From: Lytechinus pictus
Lineage: Eukaryota
DNA length: 64,000 nt
Direction of reading: 5' to 3'
Assembly (NCBI RefSeq): GCF_037042905.1
Contig: NC_087251.1
Coordinates: forward strand, 38,690,001 to 38,754,000
Positions 1 through 13,300 of this stretch are shown here, one piece after another. Every line of letters begins with the position of its first letter. The stretch's first letter is position 1. The notes under the pieces were generated by a model. That model was not told the origin of the DNA and made no database searches. It was given only the letters and a program-made list of their open reading frames with translations. A program made the position numbers and the translations under genes.

Positions 1-725
1 GTTTTTCATAGAGTTATGAAATTTATATAAGATTGACAAATATCAGAATCATAACCATATTTTATCCTTGATTCAGGAAATGTTAATTAGATATTTTCCC
101 CTCTTAGTGTCAAAGGAAATAAAAGTAGTAACATAATTGATTCCATATTACTGGGTAAGATAAATTGTTTAAAGGGACTAGATGGTTGTTTGAGTTGGCC
201 TTTTTAAAGTTCAAATTGTGTGAAATTTCATGAAAGTTTTTAATGCAATGAAGGTAAAATTGATTGTAAATCAAATTTGATTTATCCACTTTGTCCTCTT
301 GATTTGTTTGAGCAAGAAATGAAAGGACTTTGTTACATTCCAGTGATCCATTTCATAAAGGTTTACAATTCTGTTAACTAAATAAATTTTCATGGATACC
401 TTGATTTGATTGGCTGCTGAGCCCTGTTACATGGTAGTTGTTATTATGGCAAAATTACCATGATTCTAAATCCTTTATGAAACAGGCAACAGATTAGGGC
501 TTTTTCCTTCCATTCATATCATTATTTTAATCGATTTAATCTTGCCAATGAAATTATTTAAAACAATATCATTTTTGGCATGAAAATCTGCCCTCTGTTG
601 ATTTTGGACTATGATTATGCAAAGGAATTTATATCCAAATGCTGTTTAAACTGACAGGAACTACCTGGCTTGGTCATTCTATTCAATGCAATATATTAAT
701 ATCCAAATGTTATTCAAATTGACAG

Positions 726-1031
726 GAACTACTTGGCTTCGCTTACAACCGGATGATCAAGATGGACATCAACACCGGTGATCTCCAGAAGACATGGCGC
801 TACAGCACGATGACTCATTGGAATGTAAACTGGGAAACGAGAGAACTCATCATCGGTATGGAGGATGGGGAGATAGGCGTGAACTGTCTGACCTGCGATT
901 GCAAGATCGTCCACGAGTACATCGGTGGATCCATCTTCTTGGCGCTGCGCAAACAGGACAAGAATCAAGTCAAGGACATGGCCATGTTTGCCAAGCTTAC
1001 AGGAGGTTCAGAGACGGGCATCCTGGAATAG
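726..1031 (+). CDS. FERMT: Last coding exon of a kindlin/fermitin gene (FERM F3 subdomain); upstream exons lie outside the window
   Basis: Acceptor GACAG at 721-725, then ELLGFAYNRMIKMDINTGDLQKTWRYSTMTHWNVNWE...CKIVHEYIGGSIFL...MFAKLTGG..stop, matching the kindlin C-terminus (GIAYNRLIRMD..KTWRF..WNVNWE..VHEFIGGYIFL..FYKLT). Confidence 0.93.
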   Translation, partial: ELLGFAYNRMIKMDINTGDLQKTWRYSTMTHWNVNWETRELIIGMEDGEIGVNCLTCDCKIVHEYIGGSIFLALRKQDKNQVKDMAMFAKLTGGSETGILE

Positions 1032-2671
1032 ACAATTCTTCTTTCCTCATCTCCTGAAGGAAGAGAGCGCGAGCGAATCAGTGGTAGTGGAGGTGGTGGA
1101 CGTTGAAATATGTTGATGGGAAGGACAAGAAATAAGCTACTGCTTCATGATGACACATTAACATGCCTTAGGTAGTACAAAGAGAAACGTTTAAAGGGGC
1201 ATTTCATTTATGCGAGAACGCTGGATGCATTGGTGATTAATCGAAGGGTACGGACTACGGAATATGGCTTTGAGGCACGGTTGAAACAGTCTGGACCGTA
1301 TTCCTTTTACAAGGCAGAGTAGAAATACACAGTGGTAAAATGAGAGCGAAGTACGTAGATTGTTCAGAAATGGGGCACTATCTTATCCACCTTGGTTGTT
1401 GGTCTCTTCCTTGGCTTCCCACCTTCAAAGCACACTGCCGTTGATCCCTCCAAGCAGCTTCCACTTCTTCTATCTGTGGTGATCTATCATCATTGTTGGT
1501 CAACCTATGGTCAACCTTGTGGTCAGCCCTTGCCTACTGCTGTCATAGATGGAAAGCTATGATTAAGGAAGAATGTCAAGAAATGGTTATGTAAACAGAG
1601 GTGAATCATTACCCAAGCTCTGTGATGGATCTAACTGGTTTGGTTTGTCGAAGGACAGAGATCATATTGGTGCCCAGCTGTTGTTTCCGAACGACTCAGC
1701 AATCTTTTTGGGTTTTTTTTTACAAACCTCTTTGCAATAACTGTAATTATGCCTGAGAGGTAATTTAATTAATTGGAATGCTTGATGTATTTGATAATGG
1801 AGACATTTTTTATAAATATATATTTTCTTGGAAAATTCGTCGAATGGATGTTTTACTTTGTCATTTTTGAATTCTCATGTATTAATTGCAAGGTTTTATA
1901 TAAATTTTCCCCCTTTCTTTCCTAATAGGCTTTTAGTCAGCTTGTAAACAGCCAATACATTTTTACAGAAAATTTGCCCGTTAATATCATTATGGCTCAC
2001 AATTTTTATGTACATAGATATATCTGTATATATTTATATATAATGAACTTTATATGCTTCGAATCAAGTCTCCTTTAATACACTCATTTACCCTAGACGG
2101 TGCATTATGTGTTTTATTTATTGTTGGAAACCCACCCTATTCCCTGAGTCTACAGCAACTGATAGCAACATTCTCCCGCATGCTGCTTCTAGTACCCATC
2201 CAATGTTGTTATCATCATCATGCATTTATCTTAAAGTTCATATTCTTAGATCCCTTTTTAAGAGGACACCCAATAATGTCACCCTCATTATTAACATTTA
2301 CCCAGTCCCATTGTATTTGAATATATTTTCATAAATTGGTATTACCATAGGTTGATACAAGTCTGAATGTATATAAAATGTACATAGTTAAGTAAGGTCT
2401 ATACATGTCTGTATTGTTCTGTACAAGTTCAATGATATACCTTTTAAGCATGTATGTACACTATGAAAATACACAACTGGAAATTGATTGTATTTACAAG
2501 ATTTTTATGCTTGCTTTGTATACAGAAATATATGAACATGAGAAATACTCACCATTTTTCGACAAGAGTATGTACTACATGTATATCCTTGTTTATTTAT
2601 ATATGATTAGTAATGCTTGTGAGAAATGATAAGTCTTATTTCTACCCTTATTAACCATGTTTAGACCCATG

Positions 2672-2677
2672 AATAAA
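2672..2677 (+). promoter_or_regulatory. Candidate polyadenylation signal of the kindlin gene
   Basis: AATAAA followed about 20 nt later by a GT/T-rich tract (tgtttttgtgt). Confidence 0.4.
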
Positions 2678-5600
2678 CAAATGTTGACACTATCCCTGTT
2701 TTTGTGTACTCTGCCTATTCTATGACCTGTGTACTCAATTACCCAAATCACCACAATCTGCTCAAAATATTACAATTCATCCCAGTTTCTTAATTTTTAA
2801 TAAGCATCATAATGCCATATTTTATATTACGTGATTGCAACTCTCAGAGAAGCAGAACGGATATACTGCCGAGGAGTCACTGTTTCTTGATGGGCCATTC
2901 TTGCACACCAAAATTATGATAAATCTTGACTTTAATTGTAAATCTACAAATTTTAGAGATTTAGTTTTAAATTCAAAGGTTATATAACATTAAAATGTTT
3001 AGTCTGAAGTCAGCTATCTCCAATATGCTAGTTCATGGTCAGAGGTCAAAAGAAGTGGATCACGTGTGTGACTTCACAAAGAAGCATGATTTTAAAAATT
3101 TAATTTCATTGTGAAATTCCTGTGAATTTCAAATTGAAATTTCAACTTTCAAAATCATCATAATTAGTTATAATTCTTCAATTTTTTTGGTCAGATTTAT
3201 AACTAATTAAAGTCATGTTTGTCACAATTTTTGTCACACATGACCTAGAATTGTCCTGATGTTGATTTAGCATCATTAGGCTATAACACTCAATTACAAC
3301 TCTCAAAACCAGAACAAAGTTTATTCTCAAGGAATGAACACAAGGAACACAGATTTCCATACAAAGACAATTTTTCAAACCATTCTGAGACTGGAAAACA
3401 CCATTTTAAGCCTGGAAAACATTCATTACTAAAATCTATAGATGGGTTGAGCCTTCGACAGCATGGTGTGATGCATATTACAGTTGTTAATACTGGACCT
3501 TGATATGATGTTAATATCACTTAAATCAGAGAGTTGTGTTTTATATCACAATTACAGTGCTGGACTATGTCTTTATTACAACGATGTACAAATATTCTTG
3601 ATTCTACTGAATTGTGATGACAATGTAGTTTCCCATTTGTCATTCTCGTCCAGATAATTCTTTTGTTTGATTTAGTCTGTAATATTCATGGTATTTTCAG
3701 GTTTTATTTTTATACAGTTTTGGGGTGTAAATTACTTGTATCATAAGACATGACAAGATTGGTGTTTTGATTTTCCTTGGCCTTAGTATCAAAGTTATTT
3801 AAAAAAACAAAAACATAAGAGGAAGAAGGAAAATGCACTTGGCATACCCTGGCAATTTTGCAAAAAGGGAATGACGGTCAAGAAATATGAGAACTACATA
3901 GGAATGGATGTTTCTATTTCACTAAGAATAAAATCTGTGAGGATAATCTGGGCTGTGTATCATGTTATTATTTGAAACCTGTTTATTCCTGAATGTGCAT
4001 AATTCAGGTACCAGTTATTACCTCATACCCAACTTCATAACTTTATTTTGAAAAAGTCTGTATTGGCATACAGAGATATAATCTTCAAAGTATTCGCAAT
4101 ACACTGGGCCTCTCTTGAGATTCTCATATCTTTAAATCCCAATTTGTAACTTTAATCTGAATGGTTAAGTCAAATATAGATGTCACAATAAAGGAGATCA
4201 TTGAAAATGTGCCAAACAAATCATGCACCCACCTGTGTCTCGCCTTCACATGGCTTTGTAGAGGTTTTTCCCCCTTTTCTTTATTTTTGTTGTTGAATTG
4301 AATAAAATATTTAATGAAAACCCCTGTACATTTTTATAATGTTGAGCGGATTTTTTAAAGTGAACATTTGCATGGTGATGATAATTTTTTTTTTCTGGGT
4401 TAAACTTTGTTATTCTAAGTCAAACCTGAATGAGGCGAAATAAAAATGGCTGTAGTATCTCATTTCTCCATGAATTTGTAAAATGTTTGTGTTTTGTGTA
4501 AATGTTTTTAGAGTTTTGGTTGTTTCTGAGTGAAATCATGGTTAAGGTCTGGCGTAACTGGGTTAGCAAACGTGAGAAATATGTATGTGCTGCTATAGGC
4601 AAGGATGTAGTCAAGGCTGGCGTTGAGGCCAGATTTTGCCTGCCTTGGCCACAATTTTGCCTGCCATGTGTATGTAGAAGTCATGGTTTTACTCATGTAC
4701 ACCATTGTGATGAATATACATGTGTGGTATTCTCATACCAATATTTTAGTTCATGTAGGCTAACAGAGACAAAGATCGGACACTTTGAAACGCTCGATAA
4801 ATGCTCATGGGGAAGGACGCCCACTAGCGTCGAGTAAGTAAACCATCCCACATCGGCATGCAGCTGTGTGTAAAACGTATGGGGGAAATGAGAGGGGTGG
4901 AGAGGGCTCAAGGATAGTGCATGGGAATAATTCCACCTTTTATTACCCAGAAACATTTGAAATATATTCATCTTTAATTTAAGGGAAAAAAAAGTAAAAT
5001 GTAAAATTTCTCTTCATCATTTCTCATATGTTTTGTACACAACCAGCTCGCGATACGCAAAGATAAAAAAAGGTCGTTACTTAACGCTGTAGGGCGCTCT
5101 TCCCAAGCGTTTCATTACGCGGTCTATGTTCTGTCCGATCTTCCCCTTGTAGTATCTTTAACTGAGATCACACTTTTATGGAGTGCTATTTGTTACCATA
5201 TTCATCAAGAATAGAATGCAATAGCTTTGCTATCGATATTGAGAAATTTGAGATGAACTCTAGCATTCCATGTAAGTGTGCATTCAAAGTCATAGCTCTT
5301 CTCCCGCCTATGCTCTATATTATGATATGAAACAAGGCATGGATACAACTGAATATTGTGGTGATAATAGATATTACACTTTATTACTGCTATACAATAA
5401 TATTATTACATGCATTCTGAAATACAAAACACTATAAAAGATTGCACATTCTAATGACAAAATAACAATGCATCATTTCAACGGTTCTTTTCCATCAGGA
5501 TATCAGACAATTCTGTCTTATCAGGACCATGTTTCATAAATCTTATTACATTTTACGGCAAACTTGCTCATGGCCAATTAAACATGCCTGGTAGCTTGTA

Positions 5601-6459
5601 TCTAGTTTTATGAAACGGGCCCAAAATTCAAAGAGCTGCCAACTGTTGCATAATTGGAATTCTTTACAAAATATAACAAATAAGTATAAAGTTTAGGCTG
5701 AAAAAAAAAAAAGAGCGGCAAAAGGGTTAATTTTGTAGTAAAACGTGTACACACATGCTTTCGTTCGCTTTTTGATGAGTGAGATCGAGATGGAATGTTT
5801 TATAATTGTGTTATACATGTATGTGCTCGAGCAGAGATTTACATGAAACCTAAACCCCACAAGAAGTTTTGGCAATAGCATGATGACAGTTGTAAAATTA
5901 GGGTTAATTGATGAAAGATACAGAGGTTGGCAGCTCTGAAACTGATGACATCCCAAGGGGGGGGGGGGGGGTGATCAGTCATTAATCAGTCTCGTTAGAT
6001 GAGATAATATAGCTTAAAGAATTCAAATTTAATTATCAGTTTGAAATTAATAAAAATATGAAATAATATCGTTAAAAAATATATTGTGAAGCTTAGCTTT
6101 GTTTTATAATTTGTATAACAACCCAAGTTTCCATGATTTTTTAATATTTTTTATGAATATGGACCTCATGACAGTCGTCTATAAGCTTACAAAGATGTAA
6201 TGGGATTGCCTGTATAAGTGCCATGTTGGTAATGACATTCTGATCTCGTACATTGCATACCACATTACCGACTTGCCATAATGTCTCTATGCGCTTCCAA
6301 AAGGACTATGGATTTGAGCAGCAAAGACTCACCTCACCCCACAAAGCCATGAAGCTCACATCACAAGTGTGTTACATGACATTTCCTTAATAGCTCTAGT
6401 GTTACAGATGCTCAAACAAGACAATTAGACAAACCACATATTCTACATCAACATGATAG

Positions 6460-7236
6460 CCACGGACAAGCCTACTTTCGTTGAGTCTTTTAAACCATCT
6501 CTCAGATCACCATTTCAAGTAATATTTAGACTCCTTGGTTTCATTTTGTGAATAAACTGGTATAGAATTCTGAAACTCTGCTTTTGTTGAAATAATGAAA
6601 CAATATCTAGATTCCTTGGTTTTCATGACCTAAATAGGCTGGTATAGAAATCTGAAACTGTCATGCTTTTGTTGATTACTTCTACACCATCTCCTGAATC
6701 ATATAAAGTAATATTTAGACATCTTAATATCAAGATGTGAATAACCTGCAAGTCAGCTTTCATTGAGTCTTCTACTAAACCATCCCTCAGATAACCATAT
6801 CTAGTCATCTTTAGACTCCTTGGTTTCATGTTGTTGTGAACAAACTGGTATAGAATTCTATAACAGTCTGCTTTTGTTGAAACTTCGAAACCCTCTCTTG
6901 AATATCCAAAACATATTTAGAGTCCTTGGTTTTCATGACCTAAATAGGCTAGTGTTGAAATCTGAAACTGTCTGCTTTCGTTGAAACTTCTACACCATCT
7001 TTTATCTTCATATCTAGTAATATTTAGACATCTTAACATCAAGGAGTGAATAACCTGTTTCAAGTCTGCTTTCGTCAAGTCTTCTAAACAATCTCTCAGA
7101 TCACCACATCAAGTGATATTAAGACTCCTCCGTTTCGTGATCTGAATAATCTGGAACAGAATTCTGAAACAGTCCGCTTTGTTGATATTTCTAATCATTC
7201 TCTTGTATCATCACATCATATTCATATACCTTGGCA
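6460..7236 (-). repeat. Degenerate tandem array (~100-bp units, ~300-bp higher-order period) derived from the RALGAPB terminal coding sequence
   Basis: gcttt(t/c)gttga-like anchors recur near 6471, 6580, 6666, 6757, 6870, 6974, 7068 and 7176; one copy still translates as TVSDFYTSLFRS. Confidence 0.8.
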
Positions 7237-7345
7237 TCAAGATGTGAATAGACTAGTGTAGAACTCTGAAACAGTTTGCTTGCGTTGATATTTCTGAACC
7301 ATCTCTTGGATTCTCTGCCGTCTTCTTACATGAGGAGGAGAATAC
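7237..7345 (-). CDS. RALGAPB: RALGAPB last coding exon 27
   Basis: [35 protein letters not shown] then TGA (7239-7237). Confidence 0.92.
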
Positions 7346-10300
7346 CTGGATGAACAGAAAAAATAAAATAAAAATAGGAGACCCAATTACAATCCAACTC
7401 ATTGCAAGAAACTTAGAACCAATTGCAGGACAGTTTTTGGTCCAAAATTCAACCATAAGTCTGGTAATTAACTGTAAATTCACACTCGACTTCTGGGGTC
7501 CGTTGCAGAAAGAGTTGCGTTTAATCGCAAGTAAAAAATCAATTGCAAGTCCCAAATGCGCACTGTTGATTGATTGAAAATCAAGTTACGAATGATTTTT
7601 TAGAGTTGCGATTGATTGCAACTCTTTCTGCAACGGGCCCCTGGTCTGCATCTTGCAACAAGATGTAAAAATCAATTTGACCTAGTTACAAAATTGATAT
7701 ATCAATAGTACATAAGCATTAAGCAACAGAAATTTGCAATTGACTCATTCTCAATTCTTGAAGCAATAAACAAATTATACTAAGTGGGTGTTTCATTAAG
7801 TAGTTGGTTTAGTTGTGCACAACTGGAACATGTTCTTAGGTGCTAGGTCAGCTACATAGGAATATATCATTCAGCACAAGAAAGGATAGCCAGTCATTTG
7901 TAACTCACGAACAGCTTTATGAAACACCAACCAGACTTTTTTTCTTTAGGTTGATCAAATTTTTTGTACCACAATAATATCATTAAAAAGTAATATGAAA
8001 TGTACCACGATAACACCATCTTTGTTCAATCTTCTTTAGTTTTTATTGTTTATAAAAGTAAAAGTGGGAAATACTCAAGTAACAGTGAAGAATAGAATGA
8101 TGCAAACTACTTGCTTTTCACTTTCCAATCGCTTTCTGTTGCATGTATTGACTACCGTCTGTCTCACCAGAGTGCCTAGTGTTCTCCTACTCACAACCAT
8201 TCCATCAACCAATGGGATTGCTAGTGTACAACTAGTTAGAAATACAAAGATGTAAATTATATATTAAAAAGCTAGAATTTCAACAGGGATGCCAGTCAGT
8301 TTTCTAACTGGGCCTGAAAAAGAAGCCCCATATACGTTGTCCTATATGCTGTACATATAAAGCCTGAAAAAGGAAGTTGTTGGGGCTTAAAATCAGACAA
8401 GTGACTAAAGACTGGCATCCCTATCTCAATAACACAGTACTAGTACTTAAATTTACTTCAACAAGTATACACATAATACACATTGAAGGCCATTCTTAAG
8501 AATTCCTTGCACAAAATACATTTGAAACAGATCTATTAACAAAGAATGTTTCAAAGGCAACAAATGTGGGTAATTATTCTAATGCCCGAGCGAAATGATG
8601 TGCATTAATGTTTAATAACTGTGATGTGGATCCTTGTTATTTGATAAACCATACTCGTCTCACAAACATGACCACCCCTTAGTTAATCAATGCATTTGGC
8701 GAAATGAATTACTAGTACTAGTCACGATTGCCCCACCAATCATATCATTAGGATCCATTTTGTCATCTTATAATCATGTTCACAATCACATTCATGAATG
8801 TGCGATTCTTTAGTTCAAATCCCATCTGGCTAATTGATAGAGCACTTAGTATTTGTTTGAGATTAGCTAATGATTCAGAAACATATCTTTACTACTTCCT
8901 CCATATTATTATGATATGATTTTGTCTTTCAAATCACATTCACAAAGTTTGCTTTCTCTGGCCCCGGTTGCTCATGTCTCAGAAACATAAAATCATCTCA
9001 TTCATGGATACGTCCAATCCACTCACCTGCTCTGTATATGAATACGGAAGAGTCCACTCTTGAGTAGGTGAATATAGACGATCATAATGGAGGGTTCAGG
9101 CGTCTTGCTAAGTGAGTTGTTACTGGTTGTCAGGTTTTCAGAGCCTGTACTTGTCTTGTGAAGTAGATCGGCTGTAAAAGTGACAGTGAATTATTTAATT
9201 TGATCACGAACAAGATCTTAAATTTTACAACCTCCAATAAGAACAATAATGTTCTGTCCTTGTATAGTACTTGTCAATGTCTTTGGCATATTGACTGCTC
9301 ATTGTAGGAATACCTCACAGAGAGTGGAGGTTGTGCAGACATTGTTGCAGGCAAGCCAGACTCATGGCTAATGACTGAGCCTGCCTTACATTATGCAATT
9401 GGAGTATTCAGATTGCAGAGTACTATGGCCTGTTTAGTTCTAATCAATAGTAAAAAGGCCAAGAATCACAGAGACATCAAACTGAATACAGAGAGTCAGA
9501 GAGTCTGAGTGGTATCAAATTCAGCCCTCTCTGTCTTGAATGCTGAAATTGAAAGCGACTTCAGATGACCACTCTGGACCTCAGCCCGATACAATATACA
9601 ATTTGTGACTCCATGTTAAAAAAATCTTAGTGCAATTTCTATTAAAATCCAGTGGTATTAGACCACATGGGAAGTAGATCAACTGCTGTAGTTCAAGCCA
9701 ATATAAACCAGGTGGGCATAAGACTCTGCTTACCAAGAGGAAAGGTCTGATGATCTTCAAAGTTCTCCAGCCATACCACCAGCACCTTGAGCTCTGGAGG
9801 AGTGGCATTGGCTCCCTTGGTGGAGAACTTCCTGGATGGACGCTCCAAGGAGCCTGCTAGGGATCCAGCCAAGGAGCTGTTGTTACTGCTGGATCCACTG
9901 GCCTCCAGGTCTGCAGGACGCTGCTGCTGCTGACTCCCCTGGGTGGCAGAGGACTGGGGGTGGGCATGGTGGGGTTCCTCAGGGACTGGGGAAAGTACGG
10001 TGGCATCTAGAAAATAGGAATAAACACACTCATTAATAAATACAATAAATTTCAAGGAGTATCTTAGAATATAATCACCATCATCATCATCTGGAGCCCT
10101 CTCTTTGAAAGGGGTTGCAATTAAATGCCTCCAACTTCTTATGCATTTCCTTATTCTAGCTAGTCCATGATGATGAACAAAACAATTCTTGATATCATCT
10201 AATAAATTGATGGAAAATAGTTTTGTAATATAAATGAATACATAAATACATAAAGAGATAAATTCTTTTAAGAAGAACCATACTATTTGCCTGTTGAATA

Positions 10301-13300
10301 TATTTTTATATGGAAATCATTCGTCACATAATTTACTTCAATCAATACTTTTTCTTATAGAAGTATCAATCAGGATCATTATTCGAAACATATCATGTTA
10401 AATCCAAGTATTTTCAAAACTTTTTCTGATATATAGGAAATTAAAAAAACAACACAATTGAATGATTGAGTTCAAAGGTTAACTAAAGCCGGGGATTAAC
10501 GGAAGATGAACAATGAAGAATGACGACAACAACAGAGACTTTAAAGAAGTTTACCATCATTTGAAGCTACTTTGCTGTCATCTTCGGTTGGTACGACGAA
10601 TGCAATCTCTGATGAAAAGTCAGCAAAGTAGAGAACTTGTTTCTTCCCACTGTATAGACTACCTCCATGGTTCAGTTCTTCCCTAACATTACCTGAGAAG
10701 GAAATCAAATCAGATTGACTTTATGTTATTAATATCAGGTTTAAATGCCAGTGGTAGAAAAAAAAATATTCATAACAGAATCCAATAAACTGACCAACCA
10801 AGTGTTTTATAGCAAATTATTTTGGTAGTAGATATTGTGTATTTGTGGAGAAATGAACAAAATTAGCATGTTATTCCAGTAAGGTGTCGGGTGGGTGTTC
10901 CATAAAGCTGTTCGTAAGTTAAGAGTTATGGTAAGTTATGGTAAATGGTATATTCAATGGCGATGGTTTAGCGCATAAGAAAGGATCACCAGTCGTTCTT
11001 AAAGTCGCTCTTAACTTACGAACAGCTTTATGAAACGGCCCCTGGTCTTTTTCCAAGCAAGAATAATACACTGTCCCACATGTCCTTATCTGTGTAGGTG
11101 TTCTTCAGTGTGAATTGATGATAATAAGAATTTTAGCAATTCTGACCCCTTTTTCTCCATTGACTTTACTTAAATCCATGAACTGCTCATAATCATTTGA
11201 GAGAGGTGTAAGCAAACTCGTATTGTAGCTCAGCTGTTTTGCAATGCAGGCGAGACAAAACATACATGATTAGACTTTATGAATCAGTTGTATAACAATT
11301 AACGTCCCATACCATTGCTTTTGACATTAGCGTTGGAATCAAACTCAGGAATTTTCCATGATGTAGTCATGTGACCTGTCCACCCAGCATGCTGACCAAT
11401 CACAACAGGCCATCCAAGGGCTTGTAGAAACTCAAGGAACTGGTATTGAACCTTGTCTTTAGATTTCTTTCATGAAAGAAGATAAGAAAGAGAAACCAAA
11501 AGCGGTTGAGAGAATTGATTCATCAAGTAAAATCCAACACAAAGGCTCATCAAGATCATCCTTCGATTACAATTCAAAGGGGGAGTTTACCGTGAATAAA
11601 AATTAGTTGTAAAAAATAGCATACAAGATAATAAAAGATATTGATAAAGCTTTGAGGAAAATCCATTAAATATTAAAAAAAGTGATTCGAATTTTAAGTT
11701 TTGGATTTGTGACGTCATAAACGAGCAGCTGCCCTTATGTAATGTAATTTAAAATGCATTAATTTCAATTTTTTAATGGTTCGTGATGACTTATTTTTGT
11801 TTTCTTTTTCGGAACGGGTGTGAAATTATTTGTCTATTGATATACTAATGGTAGACTAAAAACCATTTTCAATTTTCTGAGAAATTACATTCAATTGATT
11901 TTTTTTTTAAATACTAGATGTATGAAAGCTTCTCGCATATGACGTCACATATCAAATAATCAAAATTCTAATAATTTTTTTTGATGGATTTTTCTCAAAC
12001 CTTCGGCAATATTTTTATTACTTTTTCTGATTTTTTACAATAAACTTTCTGTCAGGGTGAACTTCCCATTTCAATTTCAAATCATTACATGACTATATTT
12101 CTAAATCTAAAACTCATATTGCAAGAGCCACGGGTTTAGTCTGGAAGTACAGACTCAAATGTGACACTTGAGCAAATAATATCATGTCTAGTAGGGTGGA
12201 TACTATGTCTGTGTAGAAGTAGCCACAGTGCATGAGTAAATCTAGTCTCCAAATTCAGACTCTGCATTATGTACAATGCGAAAACCAAAGGTCTGTGCCT
12301 GAAGACTACCACAACCTCTTGATGACTGTCCATATAAGATGAAATTGGAGTGGATAGCAAAAAACAAACAAACTGAACAAAACCAAAAACAGAATGGGAT
12401 GCTGGCAGTATTATATATATGAAAATCAGGGATCTCCCCCTTAATTACAAAGAGAAAGATTCTTTGACATCTACAAACATGTATGTACAGTCTCCAGTGA
12501 AACAAAAATCTAAAGATGATGGCTAAAGGGAACAAAAAATGTCTCTATCTGAAGGTGGTCTGAGTGGATAGGTATAATCTTTAGCTTTAACTTAAAATGA
12601 TTTGAACAATCACCTCAGTCAATTATGTGTACTAAAAATCCTTTCTCTTATTTTACTTATTGATGTGATGCAATTTTTTTAATCAAAGCAATTTATTCTG
12701 CTGATATTGAATCAGAGCAGACTACAACAAGAAACAAGAAATAATGAGAGACCATTTTGAAAACGAATAACAAATTTGAAAGCATTAGGCATGCAACTTT
12801 TCATAGGAACTAAAAACAGATACAAATCGCTTCTAGACGGTCCCATATAACGGGGGAGGAGTGGATATATGTATTTAATGGAGTGCCTTGATACAAATCA
12901 ATTATATTTCCTAATCCTAACTTAATGACAGGATTATACACATTAAAGCAAAAATATGACATGAATAAAGGACTAACACACTAAGAAATCTAAGTAATAA
13001 ATTTACAAAACAAGAACGCGATGCCCTTACCACATTGTGGAGAATGTCTTCTGCTTTTTTCTGCCCCGTTTTGACATAGAATATGAATGCGGTATCAAAG
13101 GTTCTACTTGGTATCTGATCAAGTTGAAGAAGGTCAGGGGTGAAACCAGCTTGACTGTCATCCAATGCCACTAATGCAGGAGGCAGACTTGTATTCTCAG
13201 GGCCCTGAAACAAAAATACAACATTTAAAACAGCCGATAAAAATCAAAACTCTCAATATGAAAGACTAATGATCTCACAATGAATTCCAACAGATTATAA

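Noticed and set aside
7231..7239. Stop-codon readthrough into the duplicated C-terminal units
   Set aside because: Context TGA-TGC is not a known readthrough motif, and further in-frame stops follow shortly
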